Numbered from the stretch's first letter, positions 44,965 through 54,457 are shown. The stretch is DNA of 64,000 bases from an uncultured Candidatus Saccharibacteria bacterium (GCA_965231105.1 OZ246417.1:576908-640907), one strand, 5' to 3'. A program made the numbers and translations. The notes: generated from the letters alone by a model not told the origin.

Positions 44965-45498
44965 TCAGGGCACATGCCTGACTAAAGCATAGCTAATCGC
45001 GAACGCATGATTAAGAGGTGGTAGTTTCACTATTTTTGCATTCGGTAGCACCATATCTACCGTCTCTAATACGCCATCGTCCTCTGCATTTGGCACATAA
45101 CATGTAAACTTCTCGCCGCTAAGTCCCCCGTCGATCAATTGTTCTACATACCGCACCGAAGGCAGTAGTGCGGGCGCTTGTTGCTGGCGCTGTGGACCAA
45201 TCTTCTCGGCTCCGGTTACTTTGCCGCAAATCAGGTGTACCTCTTCGACCCGCGGGTCTTCAGCCGCAAGTCGAACGGCCAAAGATGATCCTGCGCTAAT
45301 TGCGAATACTTTACGCGGTGCGTACGCACGCAGGCGAGCATATTTTTCTTCATATGTTTCAGCGGTTTCCCATCGCGCATCGAAGAAGTCGATGTGTCGT
45401 TTGGGTGAGCGGAGTCGATTTAAAAAAGCTACGTACTTCTTTTGGGCATCAGATAAACGCCCATTCCCTAATCCTGGAATATATAAACTCTCAGACAT
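44965..45498 (-). CDS. hypothetical protein (possibly a small alpha/beta-hydrolase-like fold)
   Basis: 177-aa ORF. FAISAGSSLA loosely resembles a nucleophile elbow. Weak. Confidence 0.45.
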   Translation of the reverse strand: MSESLYIPGLGNGRLSDAQKKYVAFLNRLRSPKRHIDFFDARWETAETYEEKYARLRAYAPRKVFAISAGSSLAVRLAAEDPRVEEVHLICGKVTGAEKIGPQRQQQAPALLPSVRYVEQLIDGGLSGEKFTCYVPNAEDDGVLETVDMVLPNAKIVKLPPLNHAFAISYALVRHVP

Positions 45499-45571
45499 AC
45501 CAATAAATGTATCATCTTATTGAGATCAGATGCTAACCCGTGATATCCTTAAGCATAAGTAGAATATATGC

Positions 45572-48121
45572 ATGGGAAGTATTAAGGGGCAATTGCGCAC
45601 GCGATTAAGTAAACTCCGAGCTCTCGCTGGAGTAGCTTTGCTGGCGTTTGCAATGATGACGTCTATCCCCTTGGCTCAAGCAGCACCTGCCGTGACGTTT
45701 ACTGGCAACTCCTCGGTAAGCGGTAAATGGTACGACCCAATCTCGCTTAGTACCCTACAGATTACTGGCAGCGGCAACCCCACTGTTTCAGTGGAGCTAA
45801 GTGTTCCAGAGGGTCTTATTGGTATGACCACGATGACGGGGCTGACTTTTACTATCCAGGATGATGAACGGCTTAAGTTTACCGGCACTATGAGCAATAT
45901 CAACGCAGCCTTAGCGACACTTTATTTTGAGGCTGAAACTACAGAGACGGTAGTATTAGAAGCGTCGGTTACGGGCGCCGATGAAGTGTATTGGCCAGGA
46001 AACGGACATATCTATGAATATGTGCCCGTAGGTGGCAACATCAACTGGGTAAATGCCAATACCGCAGCTCAAGCTCGTACGAACGGCGGGATGAACGGTT
46101 ACCTAGCAACGATTACCTCTGACGAAGAAAATACCTTTGTAGCTGCTCGGTTAACCGGTGCGGGCTGGATGGGAGCAAGCGATGCCGGTACAGAAGGCGT
46201 CTGGCAGTGGGTTACCGGACCAGAAGCTGGAACAACATTTTGGAATGGTGCTATTGGCGGTACGGTCGTACCGGGTCAGTATGAAAACTGGAATGAAAAC
46301 GAGCCAAATAACTCTGGAAACGAGGACTGCGCGCAGTATCTTATTGGTGCTGGCGATGAAGGTCAGTGGAATGACTTAAACTGCTCGACCAGTATGATTG
46401 CTGGATATGTCGTAGAGTACGGTGATGATGATACCGTTCCAGAAGTCGCTACTAAAAGTATTACTATCAATGTTGGTTGGGATACGTACGAAGTCGATTC
46501 ATGCGAAGATCTGCAAGACTATGTTACAGGTGCACCTCACAAGATGGATACGCTTGTACAAACAGCCGACATCGACTGTGAGGGTGTAGACTTTGAGCCC
46601 CTTTTTCAGGACACACCGTTTAGCGGTGTTTATGATGGCCAGGGACATACAATTAGTAATATCACTATTGATGAGCCGGGCAGTAGCGTAGGACTCTTTA
46701 GTGCCACTGAGAACGCCGATCTGCATGACCTAACTATTTTTGGTTCAGTCAGCGGAGATGGCAAAGTTGGTGGACTCGTTGGAGATGCTCAAAACACTGA
46801 TATTGCCGCCGTCCATTCACATATGGAGGTAACGGGCACAGATGATTATGTGGGTGGATTGGTTGGAAACTTTGTAACCCGGAAAGAAGTTAGCTTCTAT
46901 GATAGTTCGAGTAGCGGGAATGTGAACGGCACAGACACGGTTGGCGGGTTGGCAGGTGCTGTGCAGGCATATGATCGTGCTGAACTTTTTATGTTTAAAG
47001 TATTCGCGACAGGCAATGTTACCGGGACTATTGTAGGCGGTGGTTTAATCGGATATATGACCATTTATTCAACAGTAGCCGATGAAACAAGTGCGAGTTT
47101 GCAAGATGCATACGCAACCGGTAATGTAACAACCGATTACTATGCCGGTGGCTTAATTGGCAAATTGGATACGAATAACGATGATGGCACAAACCCTACT
47201 ACATTCAGCCTGCGTCGTACCTATGCAACGGGCGATATAACAACTAATGAATATGGCGGTGGACTTATTGGCGAGTATATAGGGCCAACAGAGGATGGAG
47301 TTGATGTAACTATCAGCGACAACTTTGCCGTGGGTGAAGTTGTCTCGCAGGATCCAAGTATCGGAGGTGGCTTAATCGGCAGTTATACGGACAATGAACC
47401 TATTACGGCCGATAATAACTACTTTGATTCAGCGCGTACTGGGCAGGATGATTGTAGTGGTGGCGATCCATTCCCCGGTACCTGTACGGCCATCGATGAC
47501 TCACAGCCTGATTATTTCTTTAACAACACAACTAGCTCGCCGCTCGATGAATGGAACTTTGGCGAGATTTGGGTAATGCATCGCTTCACTTATCCTACCT
47601 TCGAATCTATTAACGAAGACGATCTCAATGGTGACAATATTCAGGACTCAGAGCAAAACAATCTGAGCGGGTATACCAGTTCTATTACTGGCAAGAAAGT
47701 TCTTATTGATGTTGGTAGCGGCTGTGAAATCACCACCGATGACTTGATGCGTGAATCAAGTCTGACCGTAAAAGACCCTGGTTATGAATATGAAAATGGG
47801 TTATTCGATTTCGCTGGGGATTGTGGAACGCCTGGATTTACGACTACGATTAAGCTGTATTACTATGGCATTTCTAAGGCTGGGCTTATTGTTCGAAAAT
47901 ACAACCCTACCACTCATGCCTTTACTAACCTGAGCGCGAGCTATGGCGCAACCCTCACCGAAACAACTATTGATGGCAGTTTAGTTACTATCGCCAGCTA
48001 CCAACTTACCGATGGCGGCCCCTTGGACCTAGATGGCATTGTGAACGGTGAGTTTGAGGACCCTGTTGGTTTGGCGCGCGCAAATGTAGGCGCCCCTAAC
48101 ACAGGACTATCTCGACGTTGA
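45572..48121 (+). CDS. large secreted surface protein: C-type lectin domain, GLUG-type repeats and a C-terminal choice-of-anchor-like domain
   Basis: Signal peptide ...SIPLAQA/AP. CTLD about 45998-46420 (WMGASDAGTEGVWQWV...YENWNENEPNNSGNEDCAQY...GQWNDLNC), with EPN at 46301-46309 and WND at 46367-46375. Seven GGL(V/I/A)G repeats lie at about 46754-47387. The C-terminus reads ...DGGPLDLDGIVNGEFEDPVGLARANVGAPNTGLSRR. Confidence 0.8.
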   Translation: MGSIKGQLRTRLSKLRALAGVALLAFAMMTSIPLAQAAPAVTFTGNSSVSGKWYDPISLSTLQITGSGNPTVSVELSVPEGLIGMTTMTGLTFTIQDDERLKFTGTMSNINAALATLYFEAETTETVVLEASVTGADEVYWPGNGHIYEYVPVGGNINWVNANTAAQARTNGGMNGYLATITSDEENTFVAARLTGAGWMGASDAGTEGVWQWVTGPEAGTTFWNGAIGGTVVPGQYENWNENEPNNSGNEDCAQYLIGAGDEGQWNDLNCSTSMIAGYVVEYGDDDTVPEVATKSITINVGWDTYEVDSCEDLQDYVTGAPHKMDTLVQTADIDCEGVDFEPLFQDTPFSGVYDGQGHTISNITIDEPGSSVGLFSATENADLHDLTIFGSVSGDGKVGGLVGDAQNTDIAAVHSHMEVTGTDDYVGGLVGNFVTRKEVSFYDSSSSGNVNGTDTVGGLAGAVQAYDRAELFMFKVFATGNVTGTIVGGGLIGYMTIYSTVADETSASLQDAYATGNVTTDYYAGGLIGKLDTNNDDGTNPTTFSLRRTYATGDITTNEYGGGLIGEYIGPTEDGVDVTISDNFAVGEVVSQDPSIGGGLIGSYTDNEPITADNNYFDSARTGQDDCSGGDPFPGTCTAIDDSQPDYFFNNTTSSPLDEWNFGEIWVMHRFTYPTFESINEDDLNGDNIQDSEQNNLSGYTSSITGKKVLIDVGSGCEITTDDLMRESSLTVKDPGYEYENGLFDFAGDCGTPGFTTTIKLYYYGISKAGLIVRKYNPTTHAFTNLSASYGATLTETTIDGSLVTIASYQLTDGGPLDLDGIVNGEFEDPVGLARANVGAPNTGLSRR

Positions 48122-48744
48122 ATAAAAAAACCTTCACTGCACTCGCGGTGGTAGTTTTAGTTATAGCAGCTTCGATAGCCCTTACCCTATCAAGGCAGCC
48201 GGAGCCGACTACAGAGCAGGACGCACCTGTTATTACACATTCTACAGATGCCCCAGATGAACAGCGACCAGATAAGGCTACATATCAGTGGACTGGACGA
48301 AATTATGATCCTAGGCATATTACCCTGCCCTCCATTGGTGCCGAAGGTTTTATACAGAATGTGGGTGTAGATCAAAATCAGGAGATTGCAGTGCCCACCA
48401 ATACGCATCTTGCTGGATGGTTTGTGGATAGCGTGCGACCCGGCGAAAAAGGTCTATCCATTATTGACGGCCACGTCAGCGGGCGTGAATCTAGTGGCAT
48501 CTTTGAGAAACTGGGTGACCTGCAGATAGATGATGTGTTTTATATTGAGTTTGGCGATAACAGCCGCAAGGAATTTAAAATCACTGCCAAATACACTGTT
48601 CCGGAAGCCGAAGCAGCTGCTAGGATCTTTGACCAGGATCCTAACATAGCCAATCAGCTTAATCTTGTAACATGCGCCGGTGAATACAATCAAGACACAA
48701 GGCGGTTCGACGAGAGAACTATAGTAACCGCGAGCGCGCAATAA
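48118..48744 (+). CDS. sortase-family transpeptidase (class F-like)
   Basis: N-terminal TM anchor, the catalytic-His region LSIIDGHV, and the Cys motif LNLVTCAG with a downstream Arg. TTG start overlaps the adhesin TGA (cgTTGAat). Confidence 0.8.
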   Translation: MNKKTFTALAVVVLVIAASIALTLSRQPEPTTEQDAPVITHSTDAPDEQRPDKATYQWTGRNYDPRHITLPSIGAEGFIQNVGVDQNQEIAVPTNTHLAGWFVDSVRPGEKGLSIIDGHVSGRESSGIFEKLGDLQIDDVFYIEFGDNSRKEFKITAKYTVPEAEAAARIFDQDPNIANQLNLVTCAGEYNQDTRRFDERTIVTASAQ

Positions 48745-48789
48745 AGACTAGCCTTTGAGTAGTATAGCCGCTATAGTTTTCTAGTAAGA

Positions 48790-49383
48790 ATGCAGAGATT
48801 CAAACGATATTTACTCCTAAGCCAGGTTAACTTATTTGCGTGGCTAACACTTTCTAGCGTCCTTGCCTCCAGCGTCGTTTTTAAGAATGGTGGTGTGAGC
48901 AATTATGGCAATCACTACAACACTGTCGTATTCTATTCAATTGCCTTCCTCGCAGGTGCCATTTATGTATACCTGGCTGCTGAATCTCTTTTACTTCTGA
49001 ATCAACGGTTTAAGCTTTTGGCCCGCTACTTAAACATTCTTTCTGTTCTTTTATTGCTCGTCTTTATCACCACATTTCCTCGCCGATTTGGCATGATCTT
49101 TTCAGATATTCATGACAATGTAAGTAAGGTCTTATTTGCCTATGAATTTCTCCTGGCTCTCTGGCTGATAGTTAAACGACCGAAAGCTGAAACCTTGATC
49201 TACGCACTAATCATGACTGGCGGTTCGCTTGTTGGCCTACTCTCGTCCATGCATATTCTTAATCTCATGTTTGTAGGTCAAATGGTAGGCGCCCTTGGCT
49301 TTGCCCTACTCCTGGTTATTGTATTGCCAAAAGTAATTGCTACGGACTTAGGAAAAAGATCAGGTAAGTCACGGTCCAAATAA
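48790..49383 (+). CDS. polytopic membrane protein (hypothetical)
   Basis: 197 aa and about 6 hydrophobic helices. Confidence 0.5.
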   Translation: MQRFKRYLLLSQVNLFAWLTLSSVLASSVVFKNGGVSNYGNHYNTVVFYSIAFLAGAIYVYLAAESLLLLNQRFKLLARYLNILSVLLLLVFITTFPRRFGMIFSDIHDNVSKVLFAYEFLLALWLIVKRPKAETLIYALIMTGGSLVGLLSSMHILNLMFVGQMVGALGFALLLVIVLPKVIATDLGKRSGKSRSK

Positions 49384-49406
49384 CCCCTGGAAGAATAGTA
49401 GAGAAC

Positions 49407-49961
49407 CTATGCTAGAACGGCTTTGGATAACTCTGTAATAATAACCTTGTAACCTTCATCGCTAAAATGAATGCCATCTTCATTATGGTAGTCTTTGCCA
49501 CTGTCCATGAGTGGCTTTAGCACACTCCAGGAGTCAAAGTATGCAACATTCATTTCCTGGCAAACTTTTTTAGCATGGTCGTGGTACTGCTTCATTAAAA
49601 TATTCGTTAAGGCTTTACGTTTAGGGTGTTCCGATAAAATAGACCCGTTGATAGCCGGTGGTAAAAAATAAAGTATTTTTGAAGTACCAAAGATGCCAAA
49701 TATTTTCTTTAAGTTTTCTGTAAAAGTCTGAATATCAACAGCTTTCCACGGGCTTGCATCATTAGTTCCCACCGATAATATAACGAGGTCGGGTTGAAGT
49801 CCTGCAATATACAAAGCTTTTTTAACGCAGTCATTAGAATCCCACCCTCCGACCGCACAATTATATACGTCATAATCGGGTAGTTTTGATTCAAAAATTA
49901 AGACCTCGTCCTTACTAACATGTGCGAGCAAGCTATCACCAAATAATACGAGCTTTTTCAT
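49407..49961 (-). CDS. SGNH/GDSL-family hydrolase
   Basis: Block I LFGDSL, block III GTND, and block V ...DGIHFS. TGATATGAT lies 6 nt upstream of the ATG. Confidence 0.8.
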   Translation of the reverse strand: MKKLVLFGDSLLAHVSKDEVLIFESKLPDYDVYNCAVGGWDSNDCVKKALYIAGLQPDLVILSVGTNDASPWKAVDIQTFTENLKKIFGIFGTSKILYFLPPAINGSILSEHPKRKALTNILMKQYHDHAKKVCQEMNVAYFDSWSVLKPLMDSGKDYHNEDGIHFSDEGYKVIITELSKAVLA

Positions 49962-50016
49962 GCAAATATCATATCAAACAAAATAGGCAGTGAGATAGCA
50001 GTGACACTAGTCAAGA

Positions 50017-50982
50017 TTAAGACCAAAGTACGTTGGCATACGCACGTACAACTTCACGCTGCACGGTTTCTCTAGTCGAGTGACCTGCCGCTACAAAGTG
50101 CAAGAGAGCGTGATCTACAGCTTTACTTAAGTCATACGCAGCAGACGGCATGCAAACAAAATCATATCGTCCATGCACAATCACGATATCAATACCCTTC
50201 AACTTGTTAGCATTGTTAATTATGTAGTTTTCCTCAATAAAGCAGTTATTGCCCACGATGTAGTGAGCCTCTAGATAGGAGAGGGATTCTGAGGCAAAAT
50301 CTTTCAGATCTTTCTCAACACGGGATGGCTGGTAGTCTAGTTTAACAATGGAAGATTCGTAAGCCATCCATTCGTGAGCAAACTTTTTCCGCTCTTTAGC
50401 ATCACTACTACCCATCTTTTTCTTATAATAATCATCAATGTTGTTACGATTTGCTTCAGGAACAACAGATACAAACCGTTCCCAAACTTCAGGAAAATGC
50501 GAGGCAATACGCCCCTTTAGGTAGAAGTCATTATCCACTGCACGTGCGAGGAAAATGCCACCGATGAGCATTTTTTCAACGACATCGGGATTGGCAATTG
50601 CATATAGCAGTGCGAGTGTGGAACCCCATGAGAAGCCGTAAAGAGAAATCTTATCAAACCCTAACTCGTTTCTCAGTTTGTTAATATCTTCAACAAGATC
50701 CTGAGAAGTGTTATGTTCTATTGAAGCAAAGGGAGTGCTGCGGCCAGAACCACGCTGATCATGAAAAACAACGCGATGCTTTTTAGGATCAAAACGAGTA
50801 AAGTCTGCTTCATCAAAGCCACCACCCGGACCACCATGCAGGTAAAATATTGGTTTTGTTACATTTTTATTGCCCCAGTCTACCCAGTAGATTTCATGCC
50901 CATTCCCTACTTTTAAACGGCCGGAACGAATGATGTCTTTATCTTCAATTGGCTTCTGCTTCTTATCTTCTTCATTTGTCAT
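50017..50982 (-). CDS. pip: prolyl aminopeptidase (proline iminopeptidase, alpha/beta hydrolase)
   Basis: The oxyanion motif YLHGGPGGG, nucleophile elbow GFSWGS, and C-terminal ...AGHS. TGGTATTAT lies 6 nt upstream of the ATG. Confidence 0.85.
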   Translation of the reverse strand: MTNEEDKKQKPIEDKDIIRSGRLKVGNGHEIYWVDWGNKNVTKPIFYLHGGPGGGFDEADFTRFDPKKHRVVFHDQRGSGRSTPFASIEHNTSQDLVEDINKLRNELGFDKISLYGFSWGSTLALLYAIANPDVVEKMLIGGIFLARAVDNDFYLKGRIASHFPEVWERFVSVVPEANRNNIDDYYKKKMGSSDAKERKKFAHEWMAYESSIVKLDYQPSRVEKDLKDFASESLSYLEAHYIVGNNCFIEENYIINNANKLKGIDIVIVHGRYDFVCMPSAAYDLSKAVDHALLHFVAAGHSTRETVQREVVRAYANVLWS

Positions 50983-51068
50983 TGCTACATAATACCAAAC
51001 GAGCTAGAAATAACCTCTGTTGCCAAACATTGTTGAATTCTTAATGCAATCTACAAATTCTGCAATGC

Positions 51069-51992
51069 CTAAAGGACCTGGTACTCGTCTGTGCCTTTTT
51101 CAAGCAAGTTAAGTAAAGAGCTTGTGCCCATATCGCTACACAATTTGATTACCGATTTAGTGTTATATGCCGTGTGACTGTTGGTGTTATACCAAACATG
51201 CATAGGTAGCTTTAAAAATTCCTCGCTTGGCGCCTGCCAGTCGATTGCCGCTCGGAGGGTTTCGTTCTGAAGACGAGGCAATAGGGCATCAAAATCAATC
51301 ATATTTAGAGGCGATATATGAACAATTAATGCGCCGTCTTTTAGTTTTTCAATATTTGATTTATCGATTATAGTCCCAGCACTTCCTGGAGCAGCTATAA
51401 ATACTACATCGCTTGTTTCGAGCAATACATCAAGTTCAACAAACTCTGCTCTTAGCTCAGGCTTTTCAGTACGACTATAGTAGCGAACCTTTGCAGGTGC
51501 AAAAGCATTAACAATATTAATAATTCTGCTGCCTATTTTGCCTGCGCCAATTACGCCAATTTCGGCACTATGCAAAGTTTCACTTGTCTGAAACGACTTA
51601 TCGCCAGGTCTGCCAAGCTCAAGTAGGTTACGCTGCATGAGCAGGGCAAGTGCTAAGGAGAATTCTGCAACCGCTGGCGAGTTAGCGCCAGGGGCATTAG
51701 AAATCTTGATACCTTTTTCCTTTGCTTTTTCCCAGCCAGTGATGAGAGCTTGCCAATCGGCACCGGTAAAAGCAATAACTTTCAGATCGGTTGCTGCTTC
51801 AATTACCCTATCGGTAACTTTTTCTATGCCGCCTAAGATATAGCCAACCTTGCCCTTTAGGGCTTCAATGAGTTCGCCTTCGGTTGCATTTGCCTTTTCA
51901 AGGCGCTCCACTTCATAGCCGGCTGCTTCGATTTGTTTAACGTGCTCCTCAGTGATAAACAGCGTATCTGTAACTAAGATCTTACCTTTCAT
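51069..51992 (-). CDS. D-isomer-specific 2-hydroxyacid dehydrogenase family protein
   Basis: NAD motif GVIGAGKIGSRI. I prefer the MKGKILVTD start at 51992, which lies 7 nt downstream of TGATATGAT (52000-52008), to the track's TTG at 52013. Confidence 0.75.
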   Translation of the reverse strand: MKGKILVTDTLFITEEHVKQIEAAGYEVERLEKANATEGELIEALKGKVGYILGGIEKVTDRVIEAATDLKVIAFTGADWQALITGWEKAKEKGIKISNAPGANSPAVAEFSLALALLMQRNLLELGRPGDKSFQTSETLHSAEIGVIGAGKIGSRIINIVNAFAPAKVRYYSRTEKPELRAEFVELDVLLETSDVVFIAAPGSAGTIIDKSNIEKLKDGALIVHISPLNMIDFDALLPRLQNETLRAAIDWQAPSEEFLKLPMHVWYNTNSHTAYNTKSVIKLCSDMGTSSLLNLLEKGTDEYQVL

Positions 51993-52085
51993 ATGTAACA
52001 TCATATCAGACAAAATAAAAATGACCTCTGTTTCCAGAAGTCATTATGCTTCTAACCAAGACTTCCCAGGCCTTAGAGGCACTTA

Positions 52086-52733
52086 CTAATAAAGTTCAAA
52101 TGAATCCACAAACGTATTAAACACTTCTTCAGTTTCGCCCCCCACCACAATTTGATACACTCGCTGACCACTATAGAAAATGATCGTATAGATATGAATG
52201 CTTTGAGCTTCCGTCTTTAGTCCATACGTAGCTCGCATGGCTTTATAGCCACGAAAATCTATGAGATCGCTTTCAGATACAATGTCCGCGTTACTACTTA
52301 CACTCACACCCCTTATTGCGCTTTTCAACATAGCATTTACCTGAGTATCTGATTCGTCTGCATATACGTTAGATATTTCTGATGCCGTAATGATATAACT
52401 TATTTTCTCATTTTGATCGCTATATACGTACAACCGTATCGGTATAGTGTCGCCGTCAAATGTGAAACTTGCCGAATGTTCAGTTGGGGTAGCAGGAAAA
52501 TCTGCTCTAAATCTGTCAGCTTGAGACTCGAAGGACTGCCATACACCCGGAGATACCAGTTTAGTAGTAGAAGCTTTGCTGTTGTTACTAATAAGGCTAT
52601 ATGAAACAAACATAAGCCCACTGAGAAGCATGCAAGATAGGACTAATGCAGGTAGCGGAATACTTTTAATGAATCTTGTGACTTCGTTGAGTGAAGACTT
52701 ATGATTCTTGATTCTCATTTTATTACTTTTCAT
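52086..52733 (-). CDS. membrane-anchored hypothetical protein
   Basis: 215 aa with one N-terminal TM (LPALVLSCMLLSGLMFVSYSLI). Confidence 0.5.
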   Translation of the reverse strand: MKSNKMRIKNHKSSLNEVTRFIKSIPLPALVLSCMLLSGLMFVSYSLISNNSKASTTKLVSPGVWQSFESQADRFRADFPATPTEHSASFTFDGDTIPIRLYVYSDQNEKISYIITASEISNVYADESDTQVNAMLKSAIRGVSVSSNADIVSESDLIDFRGYKAMRATYGLKTEAQSIHIYTIIFYSGQRVYQIVVGGETEEVFNTFVDSFELY

Positions 52734-52816
52734 TACAGCTCCTAAAATTAACTGAACTATACCACTACCAACTTATTAAAAAGAAAAAGGACTACCCAAA
52801 AGTAATCCTCTTTTCT

Positions 52817-52891
52817 TGGTAGCGGGGCCAGGACTCGAACCTGGGACCTCGTGGTTATGAGCCACGCGAGCTGCCACTGCTCCACCCCGCG
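52817..52891 (-). tRNA. initiator tRNA-fMet (CAT), CCA encoded
   Basis: CGCGGGG-TG-GAGC-AGTGGCA-GCTC-G-CGTGG-CTCATAA-CCACG-AGGTC-CCAGG-TTCGAGT-CCTGG-CCCCGCT-A-CCA. It has an unpaired 1:72 (C:U) and a body close to E. coli tRNA-fMet as I recall it. Confidence 0.85.
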
Positions 52892-52969
52892 ATACGTTTA
52901 GAGCAGTCCATATAGTACCGTAACAGATGTAAATTGTCAATTCGAGCCACATGGTAAAATGGTTATGGC

Positions 52970-53545
52970 ATGAAGTGGCTTCGTAAGATCCGTAATAGCC
53001 CGATGTTTATTGAGATTCTCCTGCTTATTTTGTCTGGTATTGCTATTTTAGGTCTTGCATCCTTTGTGCGTTTACGTACTGCCGAAGTTGCAGCCACGCC
53101 TTCACCCGTCGATGCAGTAAGTTCTGAGATAAGAAAGATGGATACGCTAGGTGTTGCCACTGCAACAGGCGATTCAGACGAGCCAACAGTACCGGAATCA
53201 CAAAGCACAAACAGCACTCCCAGCTCGCCCTCTCAGTTACGAGAGAGTACACCCGATCCAGATCCCTCCCTACCCTTTATACCTTCGGGCCCTGTTACCC
53301 TACCTACCCCCATCGTACCATTACCTCAAGTTACTATCACCTGTGATGAGAGTAAAAAAGCCACTCTCATCTTGAATTACAACCGAAAGGTATCCGAAGA
53401 AGAAGTTCGCCATAAAAAGGCGCTTGCTCTTGTACCTACCCTACTTCGTATCCCTCAAGAACTACTAATCAAACATAGTGCAATTCTTGATGAACTTAAA
53501 TCAACCCTTGTAGCAGATCTCGTTAAGATTAACTGCTCGCTGTAA
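52970..53545 (+). CDS. membrane-anchored proline-rich hypothetical protein
   Basis: N-terminal TM and a Pro/Ser-rich linker (STPDPDPSLPFIPSGPVTLPTPIVPLP). TGGTAAAAT (52952-52960) lies 9 nt upstream of the ATG. Confidence 0.5.
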   Translation: MKWLRKIRNSPMFIEILLLILSGIAILGLASFVRLRTAEVAATPSPVDAVSSEIRKMDTLGVATATGDSDEPTVPESQSTNSTPSSPSQLRESTPDPDPSLPFIPSGPVTLPTPIVPLPQVTITCDESKKATLILNYNRKVSEEEVRHKKALALVPTLLRIPQELLIKHSAILDELKSTLVADLVKINCSL

Positions 53546-53560
53546 ATTACCTAGCTAGGC

Positions 53561-54022
53561 TCATTCGCGTTGGCGATGAAAGAGGAAATCTAACCACGCA
53601 TTAAAATTACGCTGCAAGCTTCCGCCACTCGCTTTATCGGTTGCTAAGACGCTATCTTCAGGAGTTTGCAGCGGTACCGCCTCAATAGTGCGTGCAAGTG
53701 CTACCTCTTTTGGTACTATGATAAGCTTTTCACCCGGCAGTGCTTTATTAAAATGCTTGCGTGCCGCCAGTTCAAGATATTGATCAGTGTTATAGTACTG
53801 GTTTTTAAGTTTAAGATTCTCATTGGCCAGCTTCTGTACTTCATTCTGTTGCTGCAACGCTGAGAGCTGCTTCTGCAGACTGTAATTTGTTTGCACAACT
53901 TTGATACTACTCCATGTAACCATGAGAGCGACAATACCAAACGCAATCATGCCTAAATTGCGCACATCTCCGAGCGACTTTACGAACGGGCTATTTTGGT
54001 ATGTTTTGATTTTATCGAGCAT
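53561..54022 (-). CDS. septum formation initiator (FtsB/DivIC family)
   Basis: One TM, then a leucine-zipper-like coiled coil (LQKQLSALQQQNEVQKLANENLKLKNQ) and YLELAARKHFNKALPGEKLIIV. The start is set at the Met 12 nt downstream of TGCTATAAT (54035-54043). Confidence 0.75.
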   Translation of the reverse strand: MLDKIKTYQNSPFVKSLGDVRNLGMIAFGIVALMVTWSSIKVVQTNYSLQKQLSALQQQNEVQKLANENLKLKNQYYNTDQYLELAARKHFNKALPGEKLIIVPKEVALARTIEAVPLQTPEDSVLATDKASGGSLQRNFNAWLDFLFHRQRE

Positions 54023-54169
54023 TTTATGTTCTAAATTATAGCAAATAGATAAACATACATACGGGTTGTTGTAATTTAACAGTTTTCTCATGTTTTTGGT
54101 TTAAGTAAAGCGGACAATTTGTTACGCTTACGCTATAGAAGCATAACGGTATAGCGAAAGGTAGTTCTT

Positions 54170-54457
54170 ATGAGCATTGGTATAGAAACGACCGTCAGTC
54201 ATCCTTCAGCCGGAGCAAACTTTTATGCGAGTGATGATCAAGAAGTTTGGCGAAATGCAGCCAACTGCCTGGGCGTTAACACTGAGCTTTTCTTTCCCAC
54301 TGAAGATCCTGCGCTCGCCCGCCAAGCAAAAGAGGTCTGTCGCAACTGTGTAGTACGAGAGGAATGTCTCGATTATGCGCTCGCTAGTAATGAGATGGGC
54401 GGAGTGTGGGGTGGGACGGATGAAGATGAGCGTGCCGTGTTGCCTAAGCCCGTGTAG
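54170..54457 (+). CDS. WhiB-family (Wbl) Fe-S transcriptional regulator
   Basis: Four Cys in a C-x23-C-x2-C-x5-C arrangement (AANCLG...EVCRNCVVREEC), followed by a GVWGG turn and a basic tail. Confidence 0.9.
   Translation: MSIGIETTVSHPSAGANFYASDDQEVWRNAANCLGVNTELFFPTEDPALARQAKEVCRNCVVREECLDYALASNEMGGVWGGTDEDERAVLPKPV

Noticed and set aside
45998-46420. The C-type lectin domain might be the variable protein of a diversity-generating retroelement, which is common in CPR genomes.
   Set aside because: No reverse transcriptase ORF is present. I could not see a template/variable repeat pair with adenine-specific differences anywhere in the window. The domain is a canonical EPN/WND CTLD in the middle of the protein rather than a C-terminal FGE-type CLec fold.
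48092-48200. Programmed frameshift or read-through joining the adhesin to the sortase ORF at the A7 run.
   Set aside because: The adhesin stop precedes the A-run, and the sortase frame has a TAA at 48097-48099. The sortase N-terminal helix is a normal signal anchor. Nothing in the sequence requires recoding.
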